From assembly GCA_905178155.1 (NCBI GenBank), contig CAJINV010000002.1, positions 9,678,650 to 9,742,649 of the forward strand: 64,000 nt of DNA, written 5' to 3'. The notes below the pieces were generated by a model. That model saw only the letters and a list, made by a program, of their open reading frames with translations, did no database searches and was not told the origin of the DNA. A program made the position numbers and the translations under genes. Shown piece after piece: positions 23,776-35,470 of the stretch (positions are counted from its first letter, which is position 1; each line of letters begins with the position of its first letter). Source of the stretch: Amoebophrya sp. A120 (Eukaryota > Protista > Dinoflagellata).

Positions 23776-24420
23776 TGCCAGGGCTGGCGGCGCGCCTGCG
23801 GTCGGCGCGCCGCCGCGCGGGGGTAGTCAGTGCGTGGCCAGTCTTTTTTATGGCCCGAGAAGCAGTGGCGCCCGATGCCCCCTTTTGGCAGACCGCGTGC
23901 CCGCCCAGCCGTAAGTGGGCAGATGCGTGTGGGTACACAGGCCGCTTCGAGTCTGGCGTGCGTGGCCATGCGCGGGGCTGGCTCACCGCTGCGCATTCTT
24001 TGTAGCCCTGCTCGCCGGCTCCGGCGCCTGCTGCCGGCGATAATTACGCGATAGCGCATGCCGTAGCCGCCGGGTGCCAGCCGGTCTCCTACCGTCCTTT
24101 TCGTATGCTGATTCATCGAAAAAGAGTGTGTGTGTGTGTGGGCTGCGTCCGTTGCCACGGAACCCGTTTCTGAAAGGTCGCGGCGCTAGAAGGTCACGTT
24201 GTGTTTACTGAGTTGCACTAAGTGCTGGCGCACTCAAGAGAAGAAACAGCAGCGATTCTTAGCTGGCTGTGACGGAGGGTATGCATTTTGAGGACGAAGG
24301 TGCGTTGGACCAACAGAGAGGTTTGCAGGAGAGTCGCTATGTTTCCTGCCACAGCTGCTGAAACAACTGAGTGAACCCGATCCCATGTAGTAGGGCCGCT
24401 AAGCTGTGCATGCGAAGTGC

Positions 24421-25245
24421 ATGTCTCACTACCTGTGCCGCTTTGCGGCGTTGCAGGCCTGCCTCACGAGCAGTGCCGGCTTAGCCTGGGGGACTCGTGA
24501 CTTTTCGAAAACCTCCGCACTCCACCTGAAAAAAGTCGAGTCCACCTCCAACAGTCGGCGTGCAAACTCGTTCCTGGCCCGGAAAGCAGCAAGAAAAATC
24601 GTCTCGGATCCAATTGCTAAGATCAATGCCGTGGATTTTGGCTCCACGGTGCAAGTGACGCTTGTAAATGCAGAGACCGGCGCGAGCGTCCCGATCACAC
24701 TGCAGATGGCGTACTCGCTTCAGCAACACACAAGGGGGCTTATGTACCGGACGAATCCTCTGACTGAATCAGAAGGCATGATATTCGTGTATCCACAGGA
24801 AGGGCATCGGGTAATAATATTGTTAGAAAGCAAGAACATTGAAGATTACAGTCATGTTTTTCAGGAATTTATTGTGCCCGAGCTTTCTAGATACATAAGA
24901 TGCTTATTGGGTGGACAAAGTTGCGTTTCGCAGAAAGCCACGTCAACATCAAAACCCTTACTGCGCCAGGTTTTCTGGATGAAGAACACGGAAATTCCGA
25001 TGGAAGCTACCTGGTGGAACGCGAAGGGTGAGCTGGTCGAGAAGCCCACAGCCATGGAGCCACTAACGCTGGACTATCACTGGTCGACCTCTCACAATGT
25101 GCAGTTCGGGATCGAGCTGGCGCCTGGTTTTTTGGAGAACAAAGGGCTGGACGCACCAGGACAGACGAAGATCGAAGACATGAAGCCGGTTCTCGACGAG
25201 ATTCAGCTGCGCGGGGGCCTCACTGCATCGAATCAATATTTCTGA
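24421..25245 (+). CDS. DUF192 (COG1430)-like protein; GT-AG intron at 24811-24969
   Basis: Motifs RGLMYR...GMIFVY...R|VFWMKNTEIPM...IELAPG are typical of DUF192; hydrophobic N-terminal extension. Confidence 0.85.
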   Translation: MSHYLCRFAALQACLTSSAGLAWGTRDFSKTSALHLKKVESTSNSRRANSFLARKAARKIVSDPIAKINAVDFGSTVQVTLVNAETGASVPITLQMAYSLQQHTRGLMYRTNPLTESEGMIFVYPQEGHRVIILLESKNIEDYSHVFQEFIVPELSRYIRCLLGGQSCVSQKATSTSKPLLRQVFWMKNTEIPMEATWWNAKGELVEKPTAMEPLTLDYHWSTSHNVQFGIELAPGFLENKGLDAPGQTKIEDMKPVLDEIQLRGGLTASNQYF

Positions 25246-25659
25246 GCTCCGGAGGTCGGAGCGAGGGTGTAGGGGGCTCTAGTTCCCCCTCCGCTCAAAA
25301 ACTGATTCCTCACTTTTTTCTAAAATTAAAGTCACTGAATGAACAGAAGCGAAACTAATAGAACGCTGATTCGCTGCTTCGCGGGCTCTGTCGAATTTTC
25401 AACCGTTTCCGAGAATTTTCCGTTTCGCCTTCAGTAAAGTCTTAGAAGACTAGCACCAAAACGACTGTTAATCTTCTCACCGTGTTGTGAGAAGCTCTGG
25501 GAGTACCAATGCGATCTTGTTGTTGTTCAGTCTTTTTTTCCTCAAGTCCCAACGAACCTTGTCGCTTTTTCTCCCAAAGCGACCATCAACAATGTCAAGG
25601 GAAGCAGTAGAGGTAGATGAAATTCAAACTATCAACTGCGTGACTATAGCGGAAATGAA

Positions 25660-28653
25660 ATGAGGGGGTCGTGCACAACTATCACGAAAAGCAGGATGCG
25701 GTTCGCACTTTACCATCTGCAATGCGTCCTGTGCGTGCGGGGTATGCGTATGGACTTCCTCTCGTCTTTTCCGTGGGCGGGGTCCTGCGTCGGACCAACG
25801 CAAGACGAAGAGGACACGACTACCGCGAAGGTCGTGACAGAATCCGTGCCTGCAGCTTCGACATCCGCACAGCCAAGTACTTCAAGCGTCGTCGAGGACA
25901 AGAACTCGTTCGGTGCATTTGGTGCGGATGCCGCGAACCCTCACCCTCCTGCTGAAAATAGCGCAAACATCACTGGCCTAAGCTCTTGCGAGGACAACGC
26001 GGACACATCCGAGGATGTGTTCGCCGTGCACGAGGAGGTCGCAGATGAGGACGTTGCCGCTGCGAGGGCGGAAGTACTACTTCTTTCCTCTTCTACCATC
26101 ACCCTGACGGAGAAAATTGACTTGAACGAGGTAAAAATGGAAAATGAAGATGAAATCAGCACGGTTGCGTGCGAGGCGGATCACCAGGATGGCCGCACGG
26201 ATGGAGTGGTTGTGCCTCGTGGCCGCGCGGGCGACGAGAACGGCCAGACTAATTTGCCACAAGAGGCGTCGGAAGACGAAGACAGTGCGAACGAGCAGAA
26301 CAACAACGCGCCAGGCGAGAAAAATAAGTTCACGTCCACCAGTGACAGTGCGCGACCTGACCGCGACCTTCAAATCCCAACATCCGCGCCCCAGCCCCGC
26401 CCGATCTCCGTTTTCGTCCTCGATCCGGTAAATGTCGCGCTAACGTACACGGTTATTCCCGGCACCACAGACTACAAGCAGCTTATCCAGCAATTGAAGA
26501 AGGACTTGCCGAAAGAGTTTAAGCGCGTGGCCAAGAAGAGTCAGGAGAAGGCGAAAAATTTGAAGAAGCTCCGAGGAAATAGTCAGGCGCAACAAAATGA
26601 AAGTCCGGACAACACGTTGTCGGGTTCGAACCCCATGAGAAAGCGACCGACGATCCAAATCCGTGTCGTCCGGCCCATGTCGGGGATCCAGGGGCCATAT
26701 ACGGCACGGTACTGCGTCATGTCGGGCAGCTACGTGCCCGCGACGATCCCGAACCCGCGGAAGGGGCCGTTTCTCGGTTCCGGGTGCGTGGAGGAGGTTT
26801 TACCGGTTTACTTGCAGCAGGACGAGCTGGGCGAGCCGATTTTGGAGCAGCTGCAACAGAGGTTTCTCACTGCTGGGAGCAGTACGACTAATCCCAACGC
26901 AGACGGAGCGCAATTGCTGAATCATTTAACCGATGACACCAGTCGGTACAATCGTATTCTGAGCACGCAGGGCCACATCTACATTTCCGTCACGCGCGAA
27001 AGGCTTCCGACGTTGCTGCGGCTGGCGAACACGCAGGTCGGGCGGCTATTGGAGCACCGAAACCGTTTGGTCCGGGAGGTGAAGCGGTCCGCGAAGATCA
27101 ACAGCAGCTCCCAAAAGTACTTGCAAAACATGAAGCAAGAGGAGGAATACCGCAGGACAAGTGGGCAACAACAAAGTGCTGCAGACCTCCGCCGAAGGGA
27201 GGACCAGAAAGGCAACATCAAGGACGTGCTGGAGCGCAGCTACCTGCGGGCGTCCACCCAGGAGCAGGCCAGCCGCATGCTACTGACGTCGGTGGAAAAC
27301 GCGAGTCGGCGCTTGGCGTACGAGTTTTGGACCTCCTTGATCGGGGAAAATTTGGAGTCTTTGGAAGAAGAGTGGAATTCGTATTGGACGGCGGAGGACC
27401 GTGCGCCGTACTCGCCGTCTGCACTGGTAAAAAAATTCTGGAAGCTGCTCACCTCCTGCGCGAACCCAAAGTCTGTCGCTGCGAGTGCAGTGGATCCGGC
27501 GGTAGCCTCGGCGTCGGCCGGAGGGAAAATAAAGACTGGTAAAGCTGCAGCATCATCCTCCGCTGCGGCCTCGAGTAGTTCTTGCGGAATCCAAGCAAAA
27601 TCCGCGCCTTCGGCCTTGAAGCCGCCGCCGCCCAAGCAAAAGACGCTGAAAAAAACTTGGGCAAGGGACATGCCAGTGTTTCACGTACGGAAGAACTCTT
27701 TGGCCTTTGCGCCCGACTGCGTGTGCGGCGAAGGGCTGCACAACAGAGTGACCGAGCCAGCGGTTCTTGTACAGCGACCCTACAACTCCCAAGGAGGAAC
27801 TTCTACCGATGTTGCAGTAAGAACAAACCAAACAGAAAATAACGCGATGAAGATACGTTGCCTCAGCGACTGCGAGGTGGAGTGCGAGGATGACGACTTT
27901 ATCGGTTGCTCACCCGGACCCCCTCCGAACAGTCCGAAAATTTTGCCACCCTGCGGCCGCGCTTTGCAAAAGTCATCCACCTCGCGGTCGAAAATCAATG
28001 CGGCGCTGGCGAACTTGGACGATCCGTATAAGATCGCTTCTTTAGGAAAGTCCGCTCTGGCGAAAATGATCGAAAAGATCCCGGTCGAGTTCCTGGATGA
28101 CGACCGGTTTGCCTTTGCGCTCCCAGGGACGATCGTGCGGAAGAAACGCGTGTTTAAACCCACCGCGAGGGGCTCTTCTTCCTTCTCTTCGTCCTTCTCT
28201 TTTCGCGCACCACCGCCGGCGGAACAAATGGTGCAGCCGGAAGCAGTGCAATACGAAGAGGAGGAAAAACCCTACCACCTAGTTTTCGTCATCCGCTCCC
28301 CGTTGCCGGGTTTTGGCACGGCCTACAGCGGAGCGTCGCCGCGCAGCGGTATGACGATTGCACTGAAGAACGGCAGGAGCAACCCACTGGCCGAAACGAG
28401 GGCAGATCATAGTAGAGGCAAACCGCCTACTGAGCAGCGGCCCCACGACGAAGTGAAAATAGATGTGTTTTACGTCGAAGGACCGGACCAGGGCTATACG
28501 CAAATGGAAGATCACGACCCAATTGCGAAAGCGACAAGACCGATAATGAGCGGAAGTGGTAGCAGTTTGAGTCTCTCGTTGCCGGGCTCTGCGAGTCGAA
28601 AGCGCATGAAAGTTCCCGAGCCCGATTGGACAATGTCGTGGCGAAAGGTGTAA
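25660..28653 (+). CDS. Hypothetical protein (~997 aa; start uncertain)
   Basis: Long open frame with a codon pattern like the neighbouring genes; no domain recognised. Confidence 0.7.
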   Translation: MRGSCTTITKSRMRFALYHLQCVLCVRGMRMDFLSSFPWAGSCVGPTQDEEDTTTAKVVTESVPAASTSAQPSTSSVVEDKNSFGAFGADAANPHPPAENSANITGLSSCEDNADTSEDVFAVHEEVADEDVAAARAEVLLLSSSTITLTEKIDLNEVKMENEDEISTVACEADHQDGRTDGVVVPRGRAGDENGQTNLPQEASEDEDSANEQNNNAPGEKNKFTSTSDSARPDRDLQIPTSAPQPRPISVFVLDPVNVALTYTVIPGTTDYKQLIQQLKKDLPKEFKRVAKKSQEKAKNLKKLRGNSQAQQNESPDNTLSGSNPMRKRPTIQIRVVRPMSGIQGPYTARYCVMSGSYVPATIPNPRKGPFLGSGCVEEVLPVYLQQDELGEPILEQLQQRFLTAGSSTTNPNADGAQLLNHLTDDTSRYNRILSTQGHIYISVTRERLPTLLRLANTQVGRLLEHRNRLVREVKRSAKINSSSQKYLQNMKQEEEYRRTSGQQQSAADLRRREDQKGNIKDVLERSYLRASTQEQASRMLLTSVENASRRLAYEFWTSLIGENLESLEEEWNSYWTAEDRAPYSPSALVKKFWKLLTSCANPKSVAASAVDPAVASASAGGKIKTGKAAASSSAAASSSSCGIQAKSAPSALKPPPPKQKTLKKTWARDMPVFHVRKNSLAFAPDCVCGEGLHNRVTEPAVLVQRPYNSQGGTSTDVAVRTNQTENNAMKIRCLSDCEVECEDDDFIGCSPGPPPNSPKILPPCGRALQKSSTSRSKINAALANLDDPYKIASLGKSALAKMIEKIPVEFLDDDRFAFALPGTIVRKKRVFKPTARGSSSFSSSFSFRAPPPAEQMVQPEAVQYEEEEKPYHLVFVIRSPLPGFGTAYSGASPRSGMTIALKNGRSNPLAETRADHSRGKPPTEQRPHDEVKIDVFYVEGPDQGYTQMEDHDPIAKATRPIMSGSGSSLSLSLPGSASRKRMKVPEPDWTMSWRKV

Positions 28654-29357
28654 GAATAGGAGTCGGGAGGTGGAGACCCGTTTTCGAATGTAGAAAAACT
28701 AGTCCAGAGAAAGTCCCAGCGTCCACTTCTGCAGTGGTATCGGCGCGCTCGAAGTCAATGTTGAAATCACAAATCCGCTTGCAGATTTGACGTGTATACT
28801 TTACCGAAGAGAGACTGAAGCAGAGGCACCACCTCGTTCTGTAGCGGGGTCGCTATCGAGGAAACGGAGCTTCTCTTTTGAACAAATGCATGACATCACG
28901 AACTTTCGAGTCGTTCACGGTGTGCTGTATTTTGAAACCGAAAATCTGATGCCTGCGAAATGTCAAGACAAAATATTACAGTACAGTAGATTGAAATTTT
29001 ACATCATCGTTTCAAGCACACGAAAATTCGAAAGGAGTTAGAGAAACCAACGGCGTCCGTAAACAAAAAAACGAGGCCCGCGGCAGCGCGCTCTGAACGA
29101 GCAGCATCGATGACGATGCATCCTGTTCGCTATGGTTACTCCATCAATAGGTGAGCAACGAGTGAATGTGAAAATGTACATCAATACTATGAGGGAGGGT
29201 CTTCGTTGCAAACTACCGGAACACGACGACACGCTGCCGGCAGAAGATGGAGGGACAGGAACTGACCCGCAGATCTTGCTTTTCATCTAAATAGGGCTTC
29301 TGCAGGCCCCTGACACGGCCTCCAGCTACTGCACGGTGTCTGCTTGTTTACAAAAAA

Positions 29358-32300
29358 ATGAGCTTATTTCTCGAGCTGGGGCCAGCAGGAATCCAGTCCG
29401 CATTCACCGACCACGAGCTGAGCGCAAAGCGTAGCTACTTGAGGCCGAGCAAGAAAAGCCAACAATCACGCTCCACGAGAAGTGGGAACGATGAGCGGGG
29501 CGGCCTAGAATTCGATCATTCACAACTCCATGTAAGCTACAAGCGCGTGCAAGAGCTGATCAAGCCGGAGCCACCTTCTGACTACTACAGCCACACTGTA
29601 TACGACCGGCTGCAGAAACTGAACCAGTATGAAGATGATCAGGCGGGTTTTTATCTTCACCAACAAGGTGAGGGAGGACCAGGAGCACCTGCTCTGCGTG
29701 GTTCAAGCTGTGCAAAGACAGGCTCTTCATCTTTCGGAAAAAGCACGAGACGCGCCTCGTGGTTTCGGTCTATTCTGGAGAAGCGGGGCTTTTTTGATTA
29801 CACCCCGAAGAAGGCATCCGATGTTCAAACAGGAAGTTCAGGCTTCATCGGCATTGCCGCGCCGCAAGATAAAACCCATAGGACGACAACCGAGGCACGA
29901 AGAGAACTGGTCGAACGTCGAGCCGCGACTTCTTTGCAACCTGTCGTGGCGACATCGCTTAACCAACCGGCGTTCGAAACTTTTGTACTCGCCAAAGAAC
30001 ACTACAAGAAGCCAGATTACCGCCAGATCGCTCCGACCCTCCTGGAGCGCATGGACCTTCTGCAGACGCGCCTAAACGAGCATCGAACGCTAGATACGAA
30101 CCTGTCGGCGCTACACGAAGAGAGCGCGAAGAAGCTCGCGGGAATGTTGGAGCAACAGTTCACAAAGGAAAACGCCGCGATTTTGCGGATCCAGCGCTTT
30201 TGGAAGCGAAAACTCAACAAAAAACAATTTCTGCAGCAGCGGAGGCTGATTCTTTGGGTGCAGACGCGCTGGCGGTTCAAGTGTTTGCGGAAAAAGTTCC
30301 GAGAAAAGCGGAAAAAGGAAGATTTTGAAAGGCTGATCACTTTTCTCGACAATCATCTGTTCTTCCGCAAGAAGCTGATTGCGAAGAAATTCGAGCTGAT
30401 TCAGAAAAACATCCAGGAAAAAGTCGTCGGGAATCTGCCCGTTCTTTCCACCGAAGTGTACGACCGTGCCGCGGCGATCGAAATCCAGAAAGTATACCGC
30501 CTTCATCTCTTCCGGAAAAGAAGATGGGAAGCCTGCGTGAAGATTCAAAAGTGGTTTCGATCAGAGTACCTGGCGAGGAGAGAAACGCAGAAGAGGTTTT
30601 TCCACGAAGTTTCGAAATGCTGCAACTTCTGCGTGGTGCATTGTAACAAAGGGAGAAGGAAGAAAAAGCACAGCAGCGGAAGCAGGACAAAGCTTTTTTA
30701 TTCCAAGAAGGAAAAGACGATCCCGATGCAGGTGTACGCCGGAGGATTTTTGATGAACGCAGGCAGTATAGCGCATCAAAAGCATCGAAGTAACCAAAAG
30801 AAGCCCGGCTTCGCGTCCGCCTCCAGTACCGGGTCGATACTACAGCGTGCACGCAGTACTGATCGGGCCGCGTTGCTCGACGAGGATAGCAGTTCGAGTT
30901 CAGGAGGATCGTCGGTGAGCAGCATTTCAGCGTCGTCTGAAGATGGGACGAATGACTCCCAGCTGATGTTCTTGTCCGAGGGAGACGGCTTTACCAACGA
31001 GAAGCTCGACTCTCGAGAGTCTCGTCCTCCAAAGACTGCCGAGCTTGAAACTCGGGAGATCAACAATCATTCTCGTGCAGCGGGAGTAGTTGCAACTGAT
31101 TCATTTTTTGACGCAGAACTAGATGGCCCAACAAGAGGACAAGCAGAAGCATCAACATTGCTTGATCGGGGCAAGAACTCTTCCCGCATTTCCGGGAAAG
31201 TGAGAGATTGGGCCTCTCACAGCTCTTTCTCTACCGCGGGCGAGAAAGTCGCAGGCTCTATTACTACATCTGGCATTATGACGGAAGCGCTCGCGTTCCC
31301 TTCACTCGAAGACCGCCTGTTAACCGCCGGTTCGCATTGCTTCGAAGACGACTGCTTCTCCATCATTCGCACATTCCGCACCGGGAAGGACCGGGAACAG
31401 AAGCTGCTTGACTCAGGCTCTTCGTCCTCCGACAGCGAGGAGGTGGAGGCCGCTGCGCGAAAAATGAACAGGTCAGGGAACAACAAGTTTCTGAGCCGTT
31501 TCGGTGGGAACAACAATAGGACGACGAAGCATAAAGCTTCTGCAAAGAGCAGCGCCGCGACTTCTTCTTTCGGAGACAGCAGCACTAAGATGAAAACGCT
31601 CTCGCCGAGGAAAACAACCACCGCAGCAGCTCCGAGAAACAGGGCTACGGCAGCGGTCGGCGGGACTTCTCGAATTGGCAAGATGACAAGTGATGGCGCA
31701 GCAGAGAATGGCAGGGAAGTTGTCAAGAAAACCAGAAGCGATGCAAGTGACAGTCGAGGAAACATCAAGCGAAATGAGAAGAATTTCGGGCGGCGCGCAA
31801 TTGATTCAGACAACAGAAAAAACTGCAACGACGCCGCATCTTCAACACGTCGGCTGCAGGAGTTTTTGAAAGAACAAGTCGCGGAACCCACGGTGGCAGA
31901 AACCAAGGCCGGGGTCCCTGGAGAAAAACATAACGAAGATGAGCAAACTACAACTGGAACAGAACCACAGACACAGAGTGAGGGCAAAGAAGCCTCCCCA
32001 CCTCTTCCAGAGAAAAAAGCTTTGAAAAAAGGCAAGTCCGTTCGGATCGAGGAGAGTGTTTCCGTGACCAGCTTTCGTACCAGTGCGGAGGAGTTGGAGA
32101 GTGTCGTAAAAAAGTTTACTTCGGTAGAAGAAGGGGACGAAGATGACCTCGAATTTCTTGAGGATGATGCGGACCACCAGCTGTCAGCAGGCTCCGAAGA
32201 AGACGATGAAGATTCGTTCGCTGAAACAGGCTTATTGTTGTCGGAGATGAAACAACATCAGAAGCTCAGTCCGCGCGTTGGGCTCGGTGGCAGCAGCACC

Positions 32301-34982
32301 AGCGGAGTGGCGGTTTCGAACAGGAACGGCAAGGCAACCAGAACGACGCGGGTCGGTATCAGTGGCAGCTTCAGCGGTGGCGCCGGTACAACGGGTCCCG
32401 GTTCCCCACCTCGCAAGACGGCTGTTGGTTCAAAGGGTTCGAGAAATACAAAAGTTTTCGACTCCTCCTCTCCGAGCAAAAACAGTAGCAGTAGGAGGAC
32501 GACAGCAATGATGTCACCTGGACGAACATCAAACCGAATCCGAGACACGCAGATAGGTTTTTCACCGTCTCTGTCATCAGCTGATCAACCTGACTTTCCC
32601 GCCTCGTCGAGAAAAACCACCCTGATGCCGGTGTCCTACGAGGACGAGTTCTGTGAGCAGCAGATCCTTCCACCGCCCCCCACACGAATGTCCATGATGT
32701 ACCGGGGAAACCGGGTGTCCTCCATGTTCGCGCAGTTGCAGCCAAAAAAACGCGAGGCCGAGCTGCTACTGGAGAACGTTTTGAATGAAAAGTCGACTAT
32801 CAAGGAAAAACGAGCCACCATGTTCTTCTCTACTCCGACCAAGGATGGCGGCGGTCCGGTCCGGAGGAGCGGCTGGAATGGTGGAGGTCTGCGGATGACG
32901 AAAATCTCCGAAGACGGAACATCCAGTGCTGGTGGAACAAGATCCACGACCACGCGGGCCTCGTCGCGGAAGAGCGGCACGGCAACGAACGATTTTTCGC
33001 CCAGAATGAATAATAACACAGCTGGAGGCGGCTCTGGACGAAGTAGTAGCATGAGGCCTGGTTTTGGTCTCCCTGGGAACAGAATGAATCGCTCGTCAAG
33101 AACATCGCCGACCTCTTCGCGTACAACCAGGGCTGCTGGCCCTGTTTTATCTCCGCAAAATATGCACATGCGAAAGACTAGCAGTCGCAAAACACAGATT
33201 TCGATGCGGAAGACGAACAGCCGAAAAACGACGCTGGGGCGGGATCTCGGGCTCTTTGCGTCGATGGAAGATGAAATAGATGAAGAGGCGGGAATGGGCT
33301 TGGAAGAAGAGTTCGATGAATCCACAACAGCATTGCAAGGCGAGCAAGACTTGGAACAAACGAATGTTCAAAACAATAGAAAGCAGTCCACCTCCAAACG
33401 AGTGGTCGACAGCACCACCTCTGGTAGGAAGAGCGCAAGACCGGGAGGCGCACTGTCAGGAGGAGCGGGACCTCAAGGGGCAGCAGCCAGCAAGAACAGG
33501 GCAAAAAACCACATCAACAGTCGCCGGACGGTAGGTCCGGGCTCGGAAGATGGATCCTCGTGCGCAGTTGGAGAAGATGAAGAGCAGAAAAGCGGTGTTG
33601 CCGACGTCGGTAATCTTCCAGGAACTGATCAGCGTACCGACGGCAGCAGTGCTTTCAGCGCGTCTCAATCTCAAAGCAACACATTTTTCCAGCCTGCAGA
33701 AACGCCGACCATTGTGCTCAATGGTGGTGCACCAGAAGGAGCATCTGCAGTAGCAGAATCTGAGCTGCAATCTTCAGGCTCTCTTCGCTTCGGGCCGAAA
33801 GATCCGGCAGCCGAACTGGTAACATCAGCACCTGCCGCGAATCCCGGAGGAGCAAAAGAAGCGGACGGGGACCTGCACAAGCCTCAACTCGCGAGCAGAC
33901 AGACGCCCGCGCCGGCCACCGCTCTGCAGTACATCCCGCGACTGCACCAAACGCCGCGACTGGTGCCGGGGATGGGTACCGGCAAAAATTTTGCGAAAGG
34001 AACTACAATGATGAACTCCGATCGAGAAAAGGATTTCAAAGTCATCATCCTGTTCGCCGACACCGAGTCGCGGAGCATTTGCGAAGTAAAGTTGCGGTTT
34101 GGAATTTTATCCGGGAAACAGTACTGCAACAGGGAGCTGCTATTCTTTTCTACAAGTTCCGGCAGGACTATAAGTGGAAGTCAGCAGACAAAAAACTGTG
34201 GCAACCTGCTCAACACGGGATTTATTCTGCGCGAAGAGGGAGACGGTCCTGGTTACGTACAGAAGAGCGACGCCAAAAGCGCTAAGCATCTGGCGAATCT
34301 GATTCTGCAGCAGTATGGAGGATTGAAGCCTGGAACTACTACTGGATCGAACAGCAAAGCGGCACTTCACGGTGCCGCGTCTCAACATCAAGTACCAAAG
34401 AGCATCGGAAAAAGAGTTTACTTCTTTGTCGGTACGAGTGCTAGTGGTCATTCCAACACCAGCAGAACCACGAAAAAAGCTCTTCCATTAGTGCCGAACC
34501 CCGCGGACCTCTTCGTCAACACCCGCTTCGGAAGTCCGAACAGCGGGAAAAAATCCAATTTTCTCACGACAGGAGCTGCGAGCAAAGCTGCTCACCTACT
34601 GAGAAGGGGCAGCGTCATGTTCCTGTCAGCTGCAGCAGATGATACTCAAAAAAATAACACCGCCGACGACCGAGCGGCGGATAGCAGCGATGAGGAAGAG
34701 CAACTTGTTGGAACCAGAACAGGAAAAAGAGATGAACAAAACCCACGCTCTTCTTCATCCTTTAGTACTTCTGCGGTTGCAAAGTCGAAAGAACATTATG
34801 TGAAGATGAAAAGCGACCACTTCGCCCGGTCCGCGGACTGCTTGAATGCGTTTGAAATCGCGGAAATGCTCTACGAGTCCGAAGATCCGATGGTTTTGAA
34901 ACCAACCGTGCACTCGTTTTCCTTCGACTACGCTACGACGGCAGATTTGGATCGAGGAGGACTCATGTTTTTCAGTTTGTGA
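29358..34982 (+). CDS. IQ-motif protein, largely low complexity (1874 aa)
   Basis: IQ-like repeats AAILRIQRFWK, ILWVQTRWR, AAIEIQKVYR, ACVKIQKWFR. Confidence 0.8.
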   Translation: MSLFLELGPAGIQSAFTDHELSAKRSYLRPSKKSQQSRSTRSGNDERGGLEFDHSQLHVSYKRVQELIKPEPPSDYYSHTVYDRLQKLNQYEDDQAGFYLHQQGEGGPGAPALRGSSCAKTGSSSFGKSTRRASWFRSILEKRGFFDYTPKKASDVQTGSSGFIGIAAPQDKTHRTTTEARRELVERRAATSLQPVVATSLNQPAFETFVLAKEHYKKPDYRQIAPTLLERMDLLQTRLNEHRTLDTNLSALHEESAKKLAGMLEQQFTKENAAILRIQRFWKRKLNKKQFLQQRRLILWVQTRWRFKCLRKKFREKRKKEDFERLITFLDNHLFFRKKLIAKKFELIQKNIQEKVVGNLPVLSTEVYDRAAAIEIQKVYRLHLFRKRRWEACVKIQKWFRSEYLARRETQKRFFHEVSKCCNFCVVHCNKGRRKKKHSSGSRTKLFYSKKEKTIPMQVYAGGFLMNAGSIAHQKHRSNQKKPGFASASSTGSILQRARSTDRAALLDEDSSSSSGGSSVSSISASSEDGTNDSQLMFLSEGDGFTNEKLDSRESRPPKTAELETREINNHSRAAGVVATDSFFDAELDGPTRGQAEASTLLDRGKNSSRISGKVRDWASHSSFSTAGEKVAGSITTSGIMTEALAFPSLEDRLLTAGSHCFEDDCFSIIRTFRTGKDREQKLLDSGSSSSDSEEVEAAARKMNRSGNNKFLSRFGGNNNRTTKHKASAKSSAATSSFGDSSTKMKTLSPRKTTTAAAPRNRATAAVGGTSRIGKMTSDGAAENGREVVKKTRSDASDSRGNIKRNEKNFGRRAIDSDNRKNCNDAASSTRRLQEFLKEQVAEPTVAETKAGVPGEKHNEDEQTTTGTEPQTQSEGKEASPPLPEKKALKKGKSVRIEESVSVTSFRTSAEELESVVKKFTSVEEGDEDDLEFLEDDADHQLSAGSEEDDEDSFAETGLLLSEMKQHQKLSPRVGLGGSSTSGVAVSNRNGKATRTTRVGISGSFSGGAGTTGPGSPPRKTAVGSKGSRNTKVFDSSSPSKNSSSRRTTAMMSPGRTSNRIRDTQIGFSPSLSSADQPDFPASSRKTTLMPVSYEDEFCEQQILPPPPTRMSMMYRGNRVSSMFAQLQPKKREAELLLENVLNEKSTIKEKRATMFFSTPTKDGGGPVRRSGWNGGGLRMTKISEDGTSSAGGTRSTTTRASSRKSGTATNDFSPRMNNNTAGGGSGRSSSMRPGFGLPGNRMNRSSRTSPTSSRTTRAAGPVLSPQNMHMRKTSSRKTQISMRKTNSRKTTLGRDLGLFASMEDEIDEEAGMGLEEEFDESTTALQGEQDLEQTNVQNNRKQSTSKRVVDSTTSGRKSARPGGALSGGAGPQGAAASKNRAKNHINSRRTVGPGSEDGSSCAVGEDEEQKSGVADVGNLPGTDQRTDGSSAFSASQSQSNTFFQPAETPTIVLNGGAPEGASAVAESELQSSGSLRFGPKDPAAELVTSAPAANPGGAKEADGDLHKPQLASRQTPAPATALQYIPRLHQTPRLVPGMGTGKNFAKGTTMMNSDREKDFKVIILFADTESRSICEVKLRFGILSGKQYCNRELLFFSTSSGRTISGSQQTKNCGNLLNTGFILREEGDGPGYVQKSDAKSAKHLANLILQQYGGLKPGTTTGSNSKAALHGAASQHQVPKSIGKRVYFFVGTSASGHSNTSRTTKKALPLVPNPADLFVNTRFGSPNSGKKSNFLTTGAASKAAHLLRRGSVMFLSAAADDTQKNNTADDRAADSSDEEEQLVGTRTGKRDEQNPRSSSSFSTSAVAKSKEHYVKMKSDHFARSADCLNAFEIAEMLYESEDPMVLKPTVHSFSFDYATTADLDRGGLMFFSL

Positions 34983-35470
34983 TGCCGGGGATACATGATT
35001 GGTGCAGTAAATGCACCGCGGTCGAGGCGGACGCAAAAAGACATGATGAGGATGCTGCGCAGGAAATGCGTAGGTGGGAAGTCTGTGTTGCAAAAACACA
35101 AACCTTCACTTCTGATTCTCTATCTGGTCATTTCAACTCATTCATTTGTAAAACGCGGCGAGGAAGAGGACTCCCAGCGGTTCCCTATGTCGTTGAGTAC
35201 CGTTCCATCGGACGTTGTGTTTCGTTTGACTTCCGCGGCACTAGATTTCGTTTTTAAAATTTTGGAAGGAGCTTTGCGCACCCAAGATCAAAAAGTGCTT
35301 GTATTTGAACTTTTTTGTTGAAAGCTGGCACATATTGATCCCGCACCCGCTGACGTTTCCTTGACCTGCTTAAGCTGCACCTATTGGCGGATGCAGTAAT
35401 TAAGTCTACGTAGTTCATCACAAAATTATTACCACACCCCTCGCCCCCACCCCGCACAAGATCTATTCCC

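Noticed and set aside
24061-24075. CCGTAGCC resembling the start of the dinoflagellate spliced leader
   Set aside because: Only 8 nt match; the ATTTTGGCTCAAG remainder is absent.
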